Positions 9,828 to 19,847 of a stretch of DNA of 64,000 nucleotides are shown in pieces. Positions within the stretch are counted from its first letter, which is position 1. Each line of letters begins with the position of its first letter. The notes under the pieces were generated by a model. The model saw only the letters and a program-made list of their open reading frames with translations, did not search any database and was not told the origin of the DNA. The stretch spans positions 1,696,001 to 1,760,000 of the forward strand of contig OZ245015.1 of the NCBI GenBank assembly GCA_965223705.1, written 5' to 3'. The translations under genes were made by a program, and so were the position numbers. The stretch comes from Myxococcota bacterium. GTDB taxonomy: Bacteria > Myxococcota_A > UBA9160 > UBA6930.

Positions 9828-11855
9828 TTATTTGGCGAGTGGGTCCGGTCGCAGCTGAATCCAGCCGACGTAGGACTGCTGGATCTCGGAGTGGATCAGC
9901 GGGTCCAAGCCGTTGTTGAACCAGAGTCCGCGCCCCTTCCAGCCAGTTTTCGCATCGTCGATTCGACCGTCGAGCCCGCGGGTGTAGGTGTTCAGCGGGT
10001 ACGGCACCCGGATCACCGTGAATTCCTCTGTCTCGGGATCGAACACGAGGATCGAGTCTGAGCCCGTCCCGTTCATCACCACCTTGTCGTGACCCATACC
10101 GAGGGTGTTCCACTGATCGACCCAGATGTAGTAGTGCATGTCGGCGCTGCCGGCTTCGGCCGGCAGGCCTCGCAGGCCTGGGCCCGGACTGCGCCACAGG
10201 GTCCAACCTTCCGGACACTGGTCGCCAATGCCCCACGTCTTCTTGCAGCGGCTTCGATCGAAACGCGCCAGGTGGCCGCTCCCGCCGAGAGAGGCCCAGA
10301 TGTTCCCCGCGCGATCGACATCCACACCGCGCGGTCCGGAGCCGGGAGCGGGAGGACGGTAGACCTCGTGGCGATCGGTCGCGGGGTCGTAGCGCATCAA
10401 CAACCCGGGGAACTCCAGGGGAGCGCCGAACTCCGCACCGGGGTGCGCTGTCCAGACCGAGCCGTCCGTGGGGTTGGGAATGACGCCGTAGTGGAAGCCC
10501 ACGATCGGTCGATCGGGTTCGCCGTCGCCGTCCGAGTCGACCACGACCTCGGACCAGCCCTGCGCTTCGCCGAGGCTCTCCGGGCGCGCCGGGTCGTACT
10601 TCGCCGGATCGAACCAGCCGACCACGTACGAATCGCCGCTCGTCCAGAGCACACCCTTTTCGTCGAACTGGAGGTGGTGCGTCCCGTAGCACGTATCGAT
10701 CAGCTCATAGGACTCGGTCTTCGGGTCCCAGTAACCGAGCTGCCGGTGGTGGTAGTTGTCGGCGATGACCGGCGCCTTGCGACAGAAGCTCGGAAGATCC
10801 TCACCCCATTCGCGCCGCACCTGAGTCGTCAGCCAAACCCGGCCTTCCGCGTCCATCATCGGATTGTGCGGATTCGCCGGATTCTGGTACTTGCCGGTAA
10901 ACCCGGTGATGCCCTCCTGTACGGGGCAACCGAGGGAGCCGAATCCGTAGGGTAGAGGTTCGCCGCCCGCGAGGGGCTTGTAGGTCTGGTCGCACCACGG
11001 TGTCGCGAAGGCCCCTTCGGTCGGGACCGGGATGCTTCGCACTCGGTGAGTGTCTGGATCGAGGACCAGCAGGTGATCGTTCCCGATGTCGACGCCGTAC
11101 ACCGGGCCTCCGGCGTTCACCGTTGGATCGCGCTTGTCGGTGGCGATCTCATCGTGGGCGTACGTGTAGCCGTCGCCCCAAGCCCACTGGGTAATGACAA
11201 CGTTGCGCTCGAGTCCCCGCGGCCGGGGCGGGGGCTCGGGCGTCTCGCCGTTTTGAATTCGTAGGCTCCAGGCCTCGAGGGCGTCGAGCAGTTGCTCGCG
11301 ACCGAGGTGGTCCGCGAACGCGTTCATGAAGCTCGCCTTGCGTAGCCCGAGATCGTACCCGGCCCGAGCGCGCCCCCGCGTCGTGGCCGAGCCGAGCTGG
11401 TGGCAGAGCTCGCACCCGAGCTTCATCTGGCTGGCGAAGGCGGCGCTCTTACCCGGTGGTTCGAAGAGCGAGAACCAGTAGTTCGCCGGGAAGATCCGGG
11501 CCGCCTCCCGGGGAGACGACGCCTTCTCGACCTTCAGCGTGACCGAGCTACCGCGCTTCACCGGCGTCTTCCCCGAATCCCGCAAGCCGTAACCGCGCAC
11601 CCACATCTGGAAGGTCGACTCCGGAAGATCGGGCACCACGAAGCGCCCCGCATCGTCGGTGACGACGATCTTTCGGTAGGGCGTCGGCAGCTCGGACGTC
11701 TCGGCGATCACCCACACACCGGCTTCGCCGTCACCCGCGCCGGAGACCACCCGCCCTTCGACATGCGTGGCGTCCTCCGCCGCCGCGAGAGCCGGCAGCG
11801 CGAGGATCGAGAGGGTCAGCCACAAGACGGCGTGCTCCGCGGCGAGCCGTTTCAT
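9828..11855 (-). CDS. Secreted protein: carboxypeptidase-regulatory-like repeat, CxxCH, Vgb-like beta-propeller
   Basis: Signal peptide; EAGVWVIAET..KIVVTDDAGRFVVPDLP..VRGYGL; CELCH; propeller-like repeats (HNPMMD, THHLQF, PRGVDVD). Confidence 0.75.
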   Translation of the reverse strand: MKRLAAEHAVLWLTLSILALPALAAAEDATHVEGRVVSGAGDGEAGVWVIAETSELPTPYRKIVVTDDAGRFVVPDLPESTFQMWVRGYGLRDSGKTPVKRGSSVTLKVEKASSPREAARIFPANYWFSLFEPPGKSAAFASQMKLGCELCHQLGSATTRGRARAGYDLGLRKASFMNAFADHLGREQLLDALEAWSLRIQNGETPEPPPRPRGLERNVVITQWAWGDGYTYAHDEIATDKRDPTVNAGGPVYGVDIGNDHLLVLDPDTHRVRSIPVPTEGAFATPWCDQTYKPLAGGEPLPYGFGSLGCPVQEGITGFTGKYQNPANPHNPMMDAEGRVWLTTQVRREWGEDLPSFCRKAPVIADNYHHRQLGYWDPKTESYELIDTCYGTHHLQFDEKGVLWTSGDSYVVGWFDPAKYDPARPESLGEAQGWSEVVVDSDGDGEPDRPIVGFHYGVIPNPTDGSVWTAHPGAEFGAPLEFPGLLMRYDPATDRHEVYRPPAPGSGPRGVDVDRAGNIWASLGGSGHLARFDRSRCKKTWGIGDQCPEGWTLWRSPGPGLRGLPAEAGSADMHYYIWVDQWNTLGMGHDKVVMNGTGSDSILVFDPETEEFTVIRVPYPLNTYTRGLDGRIDDAKTGWKGRGLWFNNGLDPLIHSEIQQSYVGWIQLRPDPLAK

Positions 11856-12673
11856 TTCGTGGCCTCCTCGGTGATGCGTTCGAGAAACGGCGCGAGATCG
11901 GGATACCCGGTGGTTTCCCAGGCCCCGTCGACCACGAGGTTGGCGCCCGAGACGTATCCCGCGTCATCCGAGAGGAGGAAGAGAGCTGCCGCCGCCATCT
12001 CCTCGGGTGTGCCGGAGCGACGCATGGGGATCCGCTCGTAGTACGCGTCGTAAACTCCGTCCACGGCGCGCAGGGGAGCCGTCATCGGCGTGTCCGTGAG
12101 GCCCGGCGATACCGTGTTGACGCGGATCTTGTTCGCGCTGAGTTCGAGCGCCGCGTTGCGCGAGAACATCTCGACCCCGGCTTTGGCGCAGGCGTACGCG
12201 ATGCCTCCGTATAATGGAACATGAGCGTTCAGCGACGCGATGTTGACGATGGAGCCGCCGTCCCCCTGGCGAATCATTTGTCGCGCCTGTTGCTTCACCG
12301 CCAGGAAGACGCCTTTCAAGCAGATATCGACGGTGTTGCTCCAATCGGATTCACTCAGCTCGGTGAGCGGTCCGAAGGCCGAAGCGCCGGCCGCATTCAC
12401 GGCGAGATCGATCCGACCGAAATGGCTCACCGCCGTCTCGACGAGCCCGCTTACCTCGGCTTCCGAGCGGACGTCGACGACGGCCGTTTCGACCTTCTCG
12501 CCGAGCTCCTCGCGCACCGCCTCGAGGCCCTCCTTGGACAGGTCACCCACGGCGACCGAGGCGCCTTCGGCGACGAAGCGCCGAACGCTGGCCAGCCCGA
12601 TGCCCGAGGCGCCCCCGGTCACGACAGCTACCTGGTTCTGGAAACGATTCTCGACGCGTTGCGTAGTACTCAT
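11852..12673 (-). CDS. Short-chain dehydrogenase/reductase
   Basis: TGGASGIG, NAAG, YACAK, PG, VDG; 4-bp overlap with downstream gene. Confidence 0.93.
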   Translation of the reverse strand: MSTTQRVENRFQNQVAVVTGGASGIGLASVRRFVAEGASVAVGDLSKEGLEAVREELGEKVETAVVDVRSEAEVSGLVETAVSHFGRIDLAVNAAGASAFGPLTELSESDWSNTVDICLKGVFLAVKQQARQMIRQGDGGSIVNIASLNAHVPLYGGIAYACAKAGVEMFSRNAALELSANKIRVNTVSPGLTDTPMTAPLRAVDGVYDAYYERIPMRRSGTPEEMAAAALFLLSDDAGYVSGANLVVDGAWETTGYPDLAPFLERITEEATK

Positions 12674-12729
12674 CCGACCTCCTGAGGGAAGTCTGTAGTG
12701 GGCGCGTCACCGACGCAAGCCGGCGAGAA

Positions 12730-13371
12730 CTAGCGGCGCTCGGGCAGTGGCCAATCGGGTCGACGCATGCGAAACACATCGGTCGTCGCGGCGTAGTCCG
12801 CCAGATAACCGAGGCGTGCGACCGGCTGGGTCTTCGAATAGTCGATCATGCCCTCGGTGATGACGGACTCATCGATATGGATCCCGATGACCTCGCCCAG
12901 AACGATCACGTTGGGAGAGCGGTCACCCCGCGCCTTGGTAGGGATGACCTGCACCAGTTCGCACTCGAAGTGCACCGGGCTCTCTTTGACCCTCGGCGCG
13001 TTCACGCGCTCCGCCGGTTCCGCCGTCAGGCCGGCGAGATCGAATTCGTCGACATCCATCGGGCATTCGGCAGACGTCATGTTCATCGCTTCGCGCAGCG
13101 CGAAGGTGACCAGGTTCGCGACGAAACAGCCCGAGCGTTCGACGTTGGCGAGGCTGTCCTTCGTATGGGCTTCCTCTCCAACGCCTCGGGCGCCCGACGA
13201 AAACATGACCTGCGGCGGGGAATAGGAAACGGCGTTGAAGAACGAGTAGGGCGCTAAGTTGGGCAAGCCATCCGGTCCGTAGGTCGAGATCCAACCGATC
13301 GGCCTCGGAGCGACCAGTGCCGAAAACGGATTGTGTTTGAGGCCGTGGTGCTCCTCGGTTTTCCAGTACAT
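12730..13371 (-). CDS. Flavin reductase-like protein
   Basis: PRPIGWIST, NLAPYSFFN, KDSLAN, DEF, ARLG; AGGAG SD before ATG 13371. Confidence 0.88.
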   Translation of the reverse strand: MYWKTEEHHGLKHNPFSALVAPRPIGWISTYGPDGLPNLAPYSFFNAVSYSPPQVMFSSGARGVGEEAHTKDSLANVERSGCFVANLVTFALREAMNMTSAECPMDVDEFDLAGLTAEPAERVNAPRVKESPVHFECELVQVIPTKARGDRSPNVIVLGEVIGIHIDESVITEGMIDYSKTQPVARLGYLADYAATTDVFRMRRPDWPLPERR

Positions 13372-13479
13372 GCTGCTTCTCCTGTGACCGCTACTCGACA
13401 GGGTTCCGGGGCCCCTCGATTCCGTCAACACCGGAGTCGATCCGCGGCATACTCTCCCCCGACTCACCAGGAGACGCAC

Positions 13480-13977
13480 TTGAAGTACCGATTACTCTTC
13501 GCTGCCGCCGTGCTGCTGAGCTCCGTGGTTTATGCAGCAGAGACGCTCCCGCACAAACCCGTACTGACGCTCGAAGCGGCAAAGAAGGCGGCCGATGCGT
13601 GCGAGGCGATGGCCAACGAGAAAGGGTGGAAGCTCAACATCGCGATTGTCGATGACGGTGCCCACCTTGTGCTCTTTCGTCGCATGCTCGGAAGCCCGCT
13701 CATCAGCGTCGATATCGCGATTCGCAAGGCGGAAACCGCGACGAAGATCCCGCGACCGACGCGCGCTTTGGCGGAGCGCGCCTACGGAACTGCCGACAAG
13801 CCCCCCGGTGCGCCTGGCATCGCGGCCCTCGGCGGGCTGACGCTTTTCCCGGGAGGCCTGCCCATCAAGCACGGCGACACGCCGATTGGAGGGATCGGGG
13901 TGAGCGGCGTGACGTCCGACCAAGACGAGCTCTGCGCGCAAGCGGGGATTGACGCGATTTCGAACCTTCTGCAGTGA
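13480..13977 (+). CDS. Exported GlcG/HbpS-family heme-binding protein
   Basis: Signal peptide; IAIVDDGAHL, IAIRKAETA, GGLPI..GGIGVSG..DE; AGGAG SD before TTG. Confidence 0.85.
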   Translation: MKYRLLFAAAVLLSSVVYAAETLPHKPVLTLEAAKKAADACEAMANEKGWKLNIAIVDDGAHLVLFRRMLGSPLISVDIAIRKAETATKIPRPTRALAERAYGTADKPPGAPGIAALGGLTLFPGGLPIKHGDTPIGGIGVSGVTSDQDELCAQAGIDAISNLLQ

Positions 13978-14390
13978 CGAAACCCAAGAATCTCAAGAAG
14001 TGGCTGGTCGCGATCGGGATCTTGTATCTCGTCTTTCCGCGAGATTTGGTCCCCGACTTCATCGGGAGGGGACTCGGCCTGATCGACGATGTGTTGCTGA
14101 TCGGCCTCCTGACCTACTTCTATCGCAAGCATCTGCGGAAATACATGGCGCGAGAAGCCGGAGACCGCGAAGGGAAGGAGCGGCATGGTGCGGCCGGGCG
14201 TCCTTCAGATCCATATGAGATTCTGGGCATCGATTCTTCGGCGTCCGCCGAAGAGGTTCACGCGGCCTACAAAGCCCGCATGCACGAATACCACCCGGAC
14301 AAGGTGGCGCACCTGGGTGAGGAGCTGCAGGAGATGGCGCACCGCAAGTCCGTTGAGATCCAACAGGCGTACGACCGACTGCGCAACTAG
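13974..14390 (+). CDS. DUF1232-like membrane domain fused to a C-terminal J-domain
   Basis: PRDLVPDFI..LGLIDD followed by DPYEILG..YHPDK. Confidence 0.85.
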   Translation: MTKPKNLKKWLVAIGILYLVFPRDLVPDFIGRGLGLIDDVLLIGLLTYFYRKHLRKYMAREAGDREGKERHGAAGRPSDPYEILGIDSSASAEEVHAAYKARMHEYHPDKVAHLGEELQEMAHRKSVEIQQAYDRLRN

Positions 14391-15472
14391 TTGTCGAACG
14401 CGGGAAGGATCTCTTTCGCGAAATCCGAGAAGGCTTCCTGGCAATGGTCCGCAGCGGGCATGATGTTGATTTCGCGGATACCGAGCTTCTCGATCTCGCG
14501 AATTTCGCTGATGATTTCTTCCGCCGAACCGACCAGAGCAACGGCCCGGATCGCCTCAGGGGTGACGAACACCTTCTCGTCGGGGACCAGATAGGTCGCG
14601 TGACCGTCGTGGATTTGGCGGAACCGCTTTTCGGGCGCCAGGCTGAAGTTTTCGACCCGTTCGAGATAGCGCTCCCAGCAGTTCGCGAAGTGCGGCGGAA
14701 TGAGCTCGTCGTTGCGGCCGGCCTTCTCCCAGATTTCGTAGAAGAAATGGAGCTCCGTGGTGATCCAGGCGCCGATCTCGTTGATCACCCGCTCGCTCGT
14801 CAGGTCTTCGCCGGCTCGTAGAATGCACGCGGCGGAAAAAAGCACCGTGTGGAAATCGTCGCCGAGCGTGCGCCCCGCTTCGCGCGCGCCCTCGTGGATG
14901 TGGCCGAGGTTGTGTTCGAGAGGTCCCGGCTCTTTGCCGATGGTCGTCCAACCATCGCCGTAGGCGCCCGTCGCCTGACAGGCTTTCGGGCCGTTGGCCG
15001 CGACGTAGATCGGGATCGGGTTGTCGAGGTTCACGAACTTCCGGTCACGATGCAGGAATTCGATTTCTCGCGTCTTGCCGCGATACGTGTAGTCGACGGC
15101 CTGGCCGTGGAGGAGCGCGCGCGTCACGCGCAAGTACTCGCGGAACTCGCTCGCGGGGATCGGATCCTGGCCCATCACGCGCATCGCCGTGTGTCCGGTT
15201 CCCATCCCCAGAAACACGCGCCCGGGCGCGAGTTGATTGATGGACCCGATGGAATGCGCTGTGACGGGCGCGATCCGGGTTCCGGCAATCGAGACGCCGG
15301 TTCCGATCTTGATCCGCGAAGTGTTGACCGCAGCGAGTGCGAGGATGGAGTAACAATCCGACCAGATCATCTGAGAATCGGGGACCCAGGCGCGATCGAA
15401 CCCGAGCTCTTCCACGAATGGGATGAGCTTCCAGTTGTCGATGTGGGGATTGATGATGGCACCAAATTCCAT
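14387..15472 (-). CDS. LLM-class flavin/F420-dependent oxidoreductase
   Basis: GFDRAWVPDSQ, TSRIKIGTGV, LAPGRVFLGMGTG, PIYVAANGPK. Confidence 0.88.
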   Translation of the reverse strand: MEFGAIINPHIDNWKLIPFVEELGFDRAWVPDSQMIWSDCYSILALAAVNTSRIKIGTGVSIAGTRIAPVTAHSIGSINQLAPGRVFLGMGTGHTAMRVMGQDPIPASEFREYLRVTRALLHGQAVDYTYRGKTREIEFLHRDRKFVNLDNPIPIYVAANGPKACQATGAYGDGWTTIGKEPGPLEHNLGHIHEGAREAGRTLGDDFHTVLFSAACILRAGEDLTSERVINEIGAWITTELHFFYEIWEKAGRNDELIPPHFANCWERYLERVENFSLAPEKRFRQIHDGHATYLVPDEKVFVTPEAIRAVALVGSAEEIISEIREIEKLGIREINIMPAADHCQEAFSDFAKEILPAFDN

Positions 15473-15555
15473 GCAGAGATTCCTCGTCAGCTTCGCGAGC
15501 TATATTACCATGATGAAGAACCCGACCACACACGCACTGGTGTAGGAGTATGTGG

Positions 15556-15969
15556 ATGTTCGGTACGTTTCGTGTGAAGAGCCTGATGACTCCGGACCCC
15601 CTGGTTCTCCACGACTACCAAACGCTCAAGGGCGCGCATGGCCTTATGAAGCTCGAGCGCATCCGACACTTGCCGGTTGTCTCGGAGGACGACGACGTGT
15701 TGGTCGGGGTCGTTACGCAGCGCGATCTGTACGCGGCGATGGCGACCAACCCCAACCAAAAGGTACGCGACGTCATGACGCCCGATCCGATCACAGCGCA
15801 CCCCGACACGACGGTCACGGAAGCTGCGGAGACGATGTTCAAGAAGAAGATCGGTTGTCTCCCGGTGATCGAGGACGGCCGGGTCGTCGGGATCCTTACC
15901 GAAGCGGATTTCGTCGCACTCATGGCTTCGGGAGATCTGCGCGATCGCGTGAGACGAGGCGCAGAGTAG
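15556..15969 (+). CDS. CBS-pair protein
   Basis: MTPDP..IRHLPVV..GVVTQRD and MTPDP..IGCLPV..GILTEAD; AGGAG SD. Confidence 0.88.
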   Translation: MFGTFRVKSLMTPDPLVLHDYQTLKGAHGLMKLERIRHLPVVSEDDDVLVGVVTQRDLYAAMATNPNQKVRDVMTPDPITAHPDTTVTEAAETMFKKKIGCLPVIEDGRVVGILTEADFVALMASGDLRDRVRRGAE

Positions 15970-15981
15970 AGGCAGCAGGCC

Positions 15982-17016
15982 GTGCCCCGCAAGAAGTCCG
16001 TCGCTGAGGTCGAAGCGATGCTCCGAGACGTCGCGATTCCGGACGCCGAGCTGCGGAAGTACCTGAAGGCCAACAAGACGCAAAGCCGTCCTTTCGAACC
16101 CGGGCTTCGATACGACGAAGAGCAGGTTGAAATCACCCACGCCGATCTGCCGCGCACCGAAGCGGGGGTGGTCGCGGGTTTTCTGAACGGTGTCTCCCGA
16201 TTTCGCCGCAGGGAGATCTTCCTCAATGCCGTGCAGGACCCCGCTACCCAGGATCGCAAGGTCCTGGTGACCGAGGGCGATTCGTGGTTCCAGTTTCCGT
16301 TCTTGCTCGAAGACGTCGTCGACCATCTGACCCCGCACTACAACGTGCTGTCGGTCGGGAAGGCGGGCGATACCACGGAGAACATGACCCTCAAGAGCCC
16401 CGAGTTTCTCGAGGCGATCGACCGCGCGGCTGAAATCATCGCGCGAGCGCCCGATGGCTTTGTCTTCTCGGCCGGGGGAAACGATTTCCTCGGACAAGTC
16501 GACGGCGAGCCGGTCTTCAAGATCATCCTCAGAGAGCAGCCGGCGGGGTCATCGTTCGATTCGGTGACTTCGTTCAATCTCCCCGAGCTCGACGCGCGCA
16601 TCGAGAGGGTCCGCCGAGGTTTTCGCTCGATGATCGCTGCGATCCGGCGTGACTATCCGAACCTGCCGATCTTCCTCCACGCATACGATCAGGTGTTTCC
16701 CTACGACGAGAACGACGCGCGTGACCGACGCAACCCGATCTACGCGGACAAAGACCAATGGGTCGCGGGCCCCATCGCGAAGCGCGGCATCACTGATCCC
16801 GTCGAACAGCGGAACGTCACAAACCATCTTCTCGGAATCTTGCGCGGGGTTCTCGATGATCTCGCGGCCACAAACGCCGGGGTTCACGTGATGGAAACGG
16901 GGCTGCCGCTCCAGGGAGACGTCGGTCTCTGGCACGACGAGATCCATCCGACCGACGAAGGCTTTCGACGGGTAACCGCCAAGTTCCGCGAGACGATCGA
17001 CGCGGTGCTCATGTGA
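15982..17016 (+). CDS. SGNH/GDSL-type hydrolase with N-terminal extension
   Basis: EGDSWF (block I Ser), SAGGND (block III), HDEIHP (DxxH). Confidence 0.75.
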   Translation: MPRKKSVAEVEAMLRDVAIPDAELRKYLKANKTQSRPFEPGLRYDEEQVEITHADLPRTEAGVVAGFLNGVSRFRRREIFLNAVQDPATQDRKVLVTEGDSWFQFPFLLEDVVDHLTPHYNVLSVGKAGDTTENMTLKSPEFLEAIDRAAEIIARAPDGFVFSAGGNDFLGQVDGEPVFKIILREQPAGSSFDSVTSFNLPELDARIERVRRGFRSMIAAIRRDYPNLPIFLHAYDQVFPYDENDARDRRNPIYADKDQWVAGPIAKRGITDPVEQRNVTNHLLGILRGVLDDLAATNAGVHVMETGLPLQGDVGLWHDEIHPTDEGFRRVTAKFRETIDAVLM

Positions 17017-17019
17017 CGT

Positions 17020-19128
17020 ATGCGCCAAGAAACCGACCGTATCGCCGAGCAGCTCGCAAAGGAGATCCCGGGGTGTGACGAACGCCATCTTCGCGGACTG
17101 GCCCGCGGTCGCTCGGGGCGGTTCCACGGTCGGTGGCTCAACGTGCTGCCGGATGAGGAAGACACGCGGGATTACCGCTACAGCGCAGGTCTCGGCCGCA
17201 TTCGGCCCGTCTTGCCCGTGCCGAGTATTCTCACCCCGGCACCGACGGAAAGTCGCGCGGCCCGAATCTTTCGACGGAAGCTCATTCGCGATCAGGGGGC
17301 GGAGGGCTCGTGCACCGGGCAGGCGCTGGCGGCGGTCATCGACATCCAGAACCTGTGGCGAAGGTTCGACCGGCCGACAGACTCACTCGACGCGCTTCAG
17401 CAGCGGACCGAATTCGCGGAGTGGGCCGACCGGCGAGCCTCCGCGCGCATGCTTTACGAAATGGCGCGCGCGCTCGATGAGGAGCCCGAGCACCGGATGC
17501 CGGGTTCCACGCTTCGCAACGCACTGAAGGCGTTTCGGCTGAACGGTTGTTGCCTTGACAAGAGCGCTCCCTACGAACCGTATGAGCCGGGTTGGCACCT
17601 CGGAATCGAACAGGCGAAGGAAGCGCGTTCGACGAACCTGAGTGCGTACTTCCGGATTGGCCAGAACATCAACGACTATCACGCGGCGCTCAACGAGGTT
17701 GGGGCGATCTACGTCTCGGCGATGATCCACGAGGGTTGGTATCAGGTCGGCGACCGCGAACCCCCTGCCGCGTCGGGCGGTACGCCGCTCGACATTCCGA
17801 CGCCGGGTGCGAACGAGAAACTTCGCGGAGCGCACGCCTTCGCCCTCGTGGGCTACGACGACGAGGGCTTCTTCGTTTTAAACTCCTGGGGCGCGTCTTG
17901 GGCCACTTCCATAGACGAGCGAACCGGTGAGCGTTTCGGTACCCCCGGCGTCGCGCGTTGGTCTTACGACGACTGGCGGGATCATGTCCTCGATGCCTGG
18001 GTGTTCCGATTGGGCGTCCCCACAGAGCGCGCCTTCCGCGCGCGGGGCGGCTTCGGGATCGATATCGACGCAGTTTCGGGGAAACGCCGGTCGCGGACGC
18101 CACGGGTCACGATCAACGGTCACTACCTCCACCTGAAAGACGGGCGCTACGTTACGACCGGACGCTATCCCAATACCCGAGAAACACTCGAAGACACCCA
18201 CGCGTTGCTGCGAGAACGCCTGCGGTCGAAAGCGAGCGGGCCGAGCTACGGTGACGTCCTCCTGTTCTTCATGAACGGGTTCAGCTCGCTCGACATCGAC
18301 GCCCCGCTCGTTGAAGCTTGGGTCCACCGCTGCAAAGAGCGAGAAATCTACCCCGTATTCGTGTTCTGGAACTACGCCGAACGGGCGCGTCTCGTGAACC
18401 TTCTCGAGGCGGATTTCGAAACCTATCGGTCGCGCTACTCGGGGTCGGGCGCCGCGCTCGCGAGGAAGCTCGAGCAGGGAATGGCCGACTACGGGCAGCT
18501 CTTTTGGGGGCACAGGGGGGAGCAGTGCGAGGCGATGTGCGGTGCGCCCGGTGATCCATTGCAAGACATCATGCGGCTACCCCTCTTCGCGGCGCTGATC
18601 CCCTTCCTCACCCTGGTGAAGAGCGGTCGGTGCCGATGTCATCTCGCGGCACACGGAGATGGCGTCTTCTTGCTCGAGCACTTCGCCGAGCGGTGCGCGC
18701 GGTTGCCCGAGTTTGCCGTCGACAACGAATCGCGCCATCACTGCAGCAGTGCCACCCTGTTCGCGCCGTTGTGCGACATGGAATACACGGAAAGTCTCGC
18801 GAGCCTGCTTCCCCAGGGCTCGAAGCAGCAAGTCGATGTGGTCACGCTCTCCGAGACCGACGAAGCGCGCGACCAGATGGGACCCTACCCGGGGACGCTC
18901 CCGCGGCTGGTCCAAAATTCTCGGTTTCCGGCGCGGGCGTCTTCGCCGAAGGACGAGCGTGTCTTGGGACTCTACGAAAATGCCAAAGCGAAGAAACGAA
19001 GCCCTGTCTATGACCATTGGACATGCCCGGAACACGGCACCCGCGAGCAGCGTTCGCACTTCGGCATGTTGAGCAACCCGTCTCTCGTGGACGCGTTCAT
19101 GGAGCGGATCATTTCGTCGGCTGGTTGA
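17020..19128 (+). CDS. Papain-like (C1) cysteine peptidase fused to a degenerate alpha/beta-hydrolase-like domain
   Basis: DQGAEGSCTG (Gln/Cys), GAHAFALVGY (His), NSWG (Asn); C-terminal HLAAHGDG..LFAP. Confidence 0.8.
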   Translation: MRQETDRIAEQLAKEIPGCDERHLRGLARGRSGRFHGRWLNVLPDEEDTRDYRYSAGLGRIRPVLPVPSILTPAPTESRAARIFRRKLIRDQGAEGSCTGQALAAVIDIQNLWRRFDRPTDSLDALQQRTEFAEWADRRASARMLYEMARALDEEPEHRMPGSTLRNALKAFRLNGCCLDKSAPYEPYEPGWHLGIEQAKEARSTNLSAYFRIGQNINDYHAALNEVGAIYVSAMIHEGWYQVGDREPPAASGGTPLDIPTPGANEKLRGAHAFALVGYDDEGFFVLNSWGASWATSIDERTGERFGTPGVARWSYDDWRDHVLDAWVFRLGVPTERAFRARGGFGIDIDAVSGKRRSRTPRVTINGHYLHLKDGRYVTTGRYPNTRETLEDTHALLRERLRSKASGPSYGDVLLFFMNGFSSLDIDAPLVEAWVHRCKEREIYPVFVFWNYAERARLVNLLEADFETYRSRYSGSGAALARKLEQGMADYGQLFWGHRGEQCEAMCGAPGDPLQDIMRLPLFAALIPFLTLVKSGRCRCHLAAHGDGVFLLEHFAERCARLPEFAVDNESRHHCSSATLFAPLCDMEYTESLASLLPQGSKQQVDVVTLSETDEARDQMGPYPGTLPRLVQNSRFPARASSPKDERVLGLYENAKAKKRSPVYDHWTCPEHGTREQRSHFGMLSNPSLVDAFMERIISSAG

Positions 19129-19148
19129 TAACCTGGCCAGACGTGGGT

Positions 19149-19847
19149 CTAGGGCCCTTCCGGTGTCGTCCACCCCTCGGGCAAAGGCGGTCCCATCTCG
19201 AGTGCGGCCGGTTTGGCTCCCGGAGTGATCGCGCGCAGGGGGACCTTCTCCGCGAGCGCTTCCAAGCCCTTGTCCACGTTCATCAGGACCGATTCCAAAA
19301 CTGCGCGTCCCGCGGCGTTCCGGTAGCCGGCCATCGTGACGGAGAGGTAGTTCGCAACGACATCTTCCGCGTTCTGACCTTCGGTACTGCGTGTCCCCGC
19401 GCGGTAGTCACGGAGAACGTTTGATTCGCCGCCGTCGTAGAGCGTGTAGCGGGCCTGGGTCAAGCACGAGTGGCTCGAGAAGACGGTCACCGACAGATCG
19501 CACTCGATGCGCTCAAGCTCGATGCGGACCGAGAGTCCCTCTTCCGCGATCTCGCGGGCTCGCGTCGGCGGTCCGACTTTGCTGGGTAGTGCCGCCATTA
19601 CAGCGTTCTCAAAGACCTCCGTCAGGTTTTTGATCTCGTACTTCGACGGGTTGAGCGCAGCCGTGGCTTTGTAATTCTTTGCTTCGGTCGACACCAAGAT
19701 CACCGCCGTCACGTCGCCCTGGGTTCGAGCTCGCCGGCCCTCCCACGGGTGGACCGTAGGGTGCGGCGTCTCGACAGGGTACGTGCAGGCCAAAAACAGC
19801 GGCAGCAGGATCAGCGAAAGGAAGGGGGCGCGAGAAAAGCACCTCAT
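19149..19847 (-). CDS. Hypothetical lipoprotein
   Basis: Signal peptide ending LFLA-C; AAGGAG SD; overlaps upstream gene stop. Confidence 0.65.
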   Translation of the reverse strand: MRCFSRAPFLSLILLPLFLACTYPVETPHPTVHPWEGRRARTQGDVTAVILVSTEAKNYKATAALNPSKYEIKNLTEVFENAVMAALPSKVGPPTRAREIAEEGLSVRIELERIECDLSVTVFSSHSCLTQARYTLYDGGESNVLRDYRAGTRSTEGQNAEDVVANYLSVTMAGYRNAAGRAVLESVLMNVDKGLEALAEKVPLRAITPGAKPAALEMGPPLPEGWTTPEGP

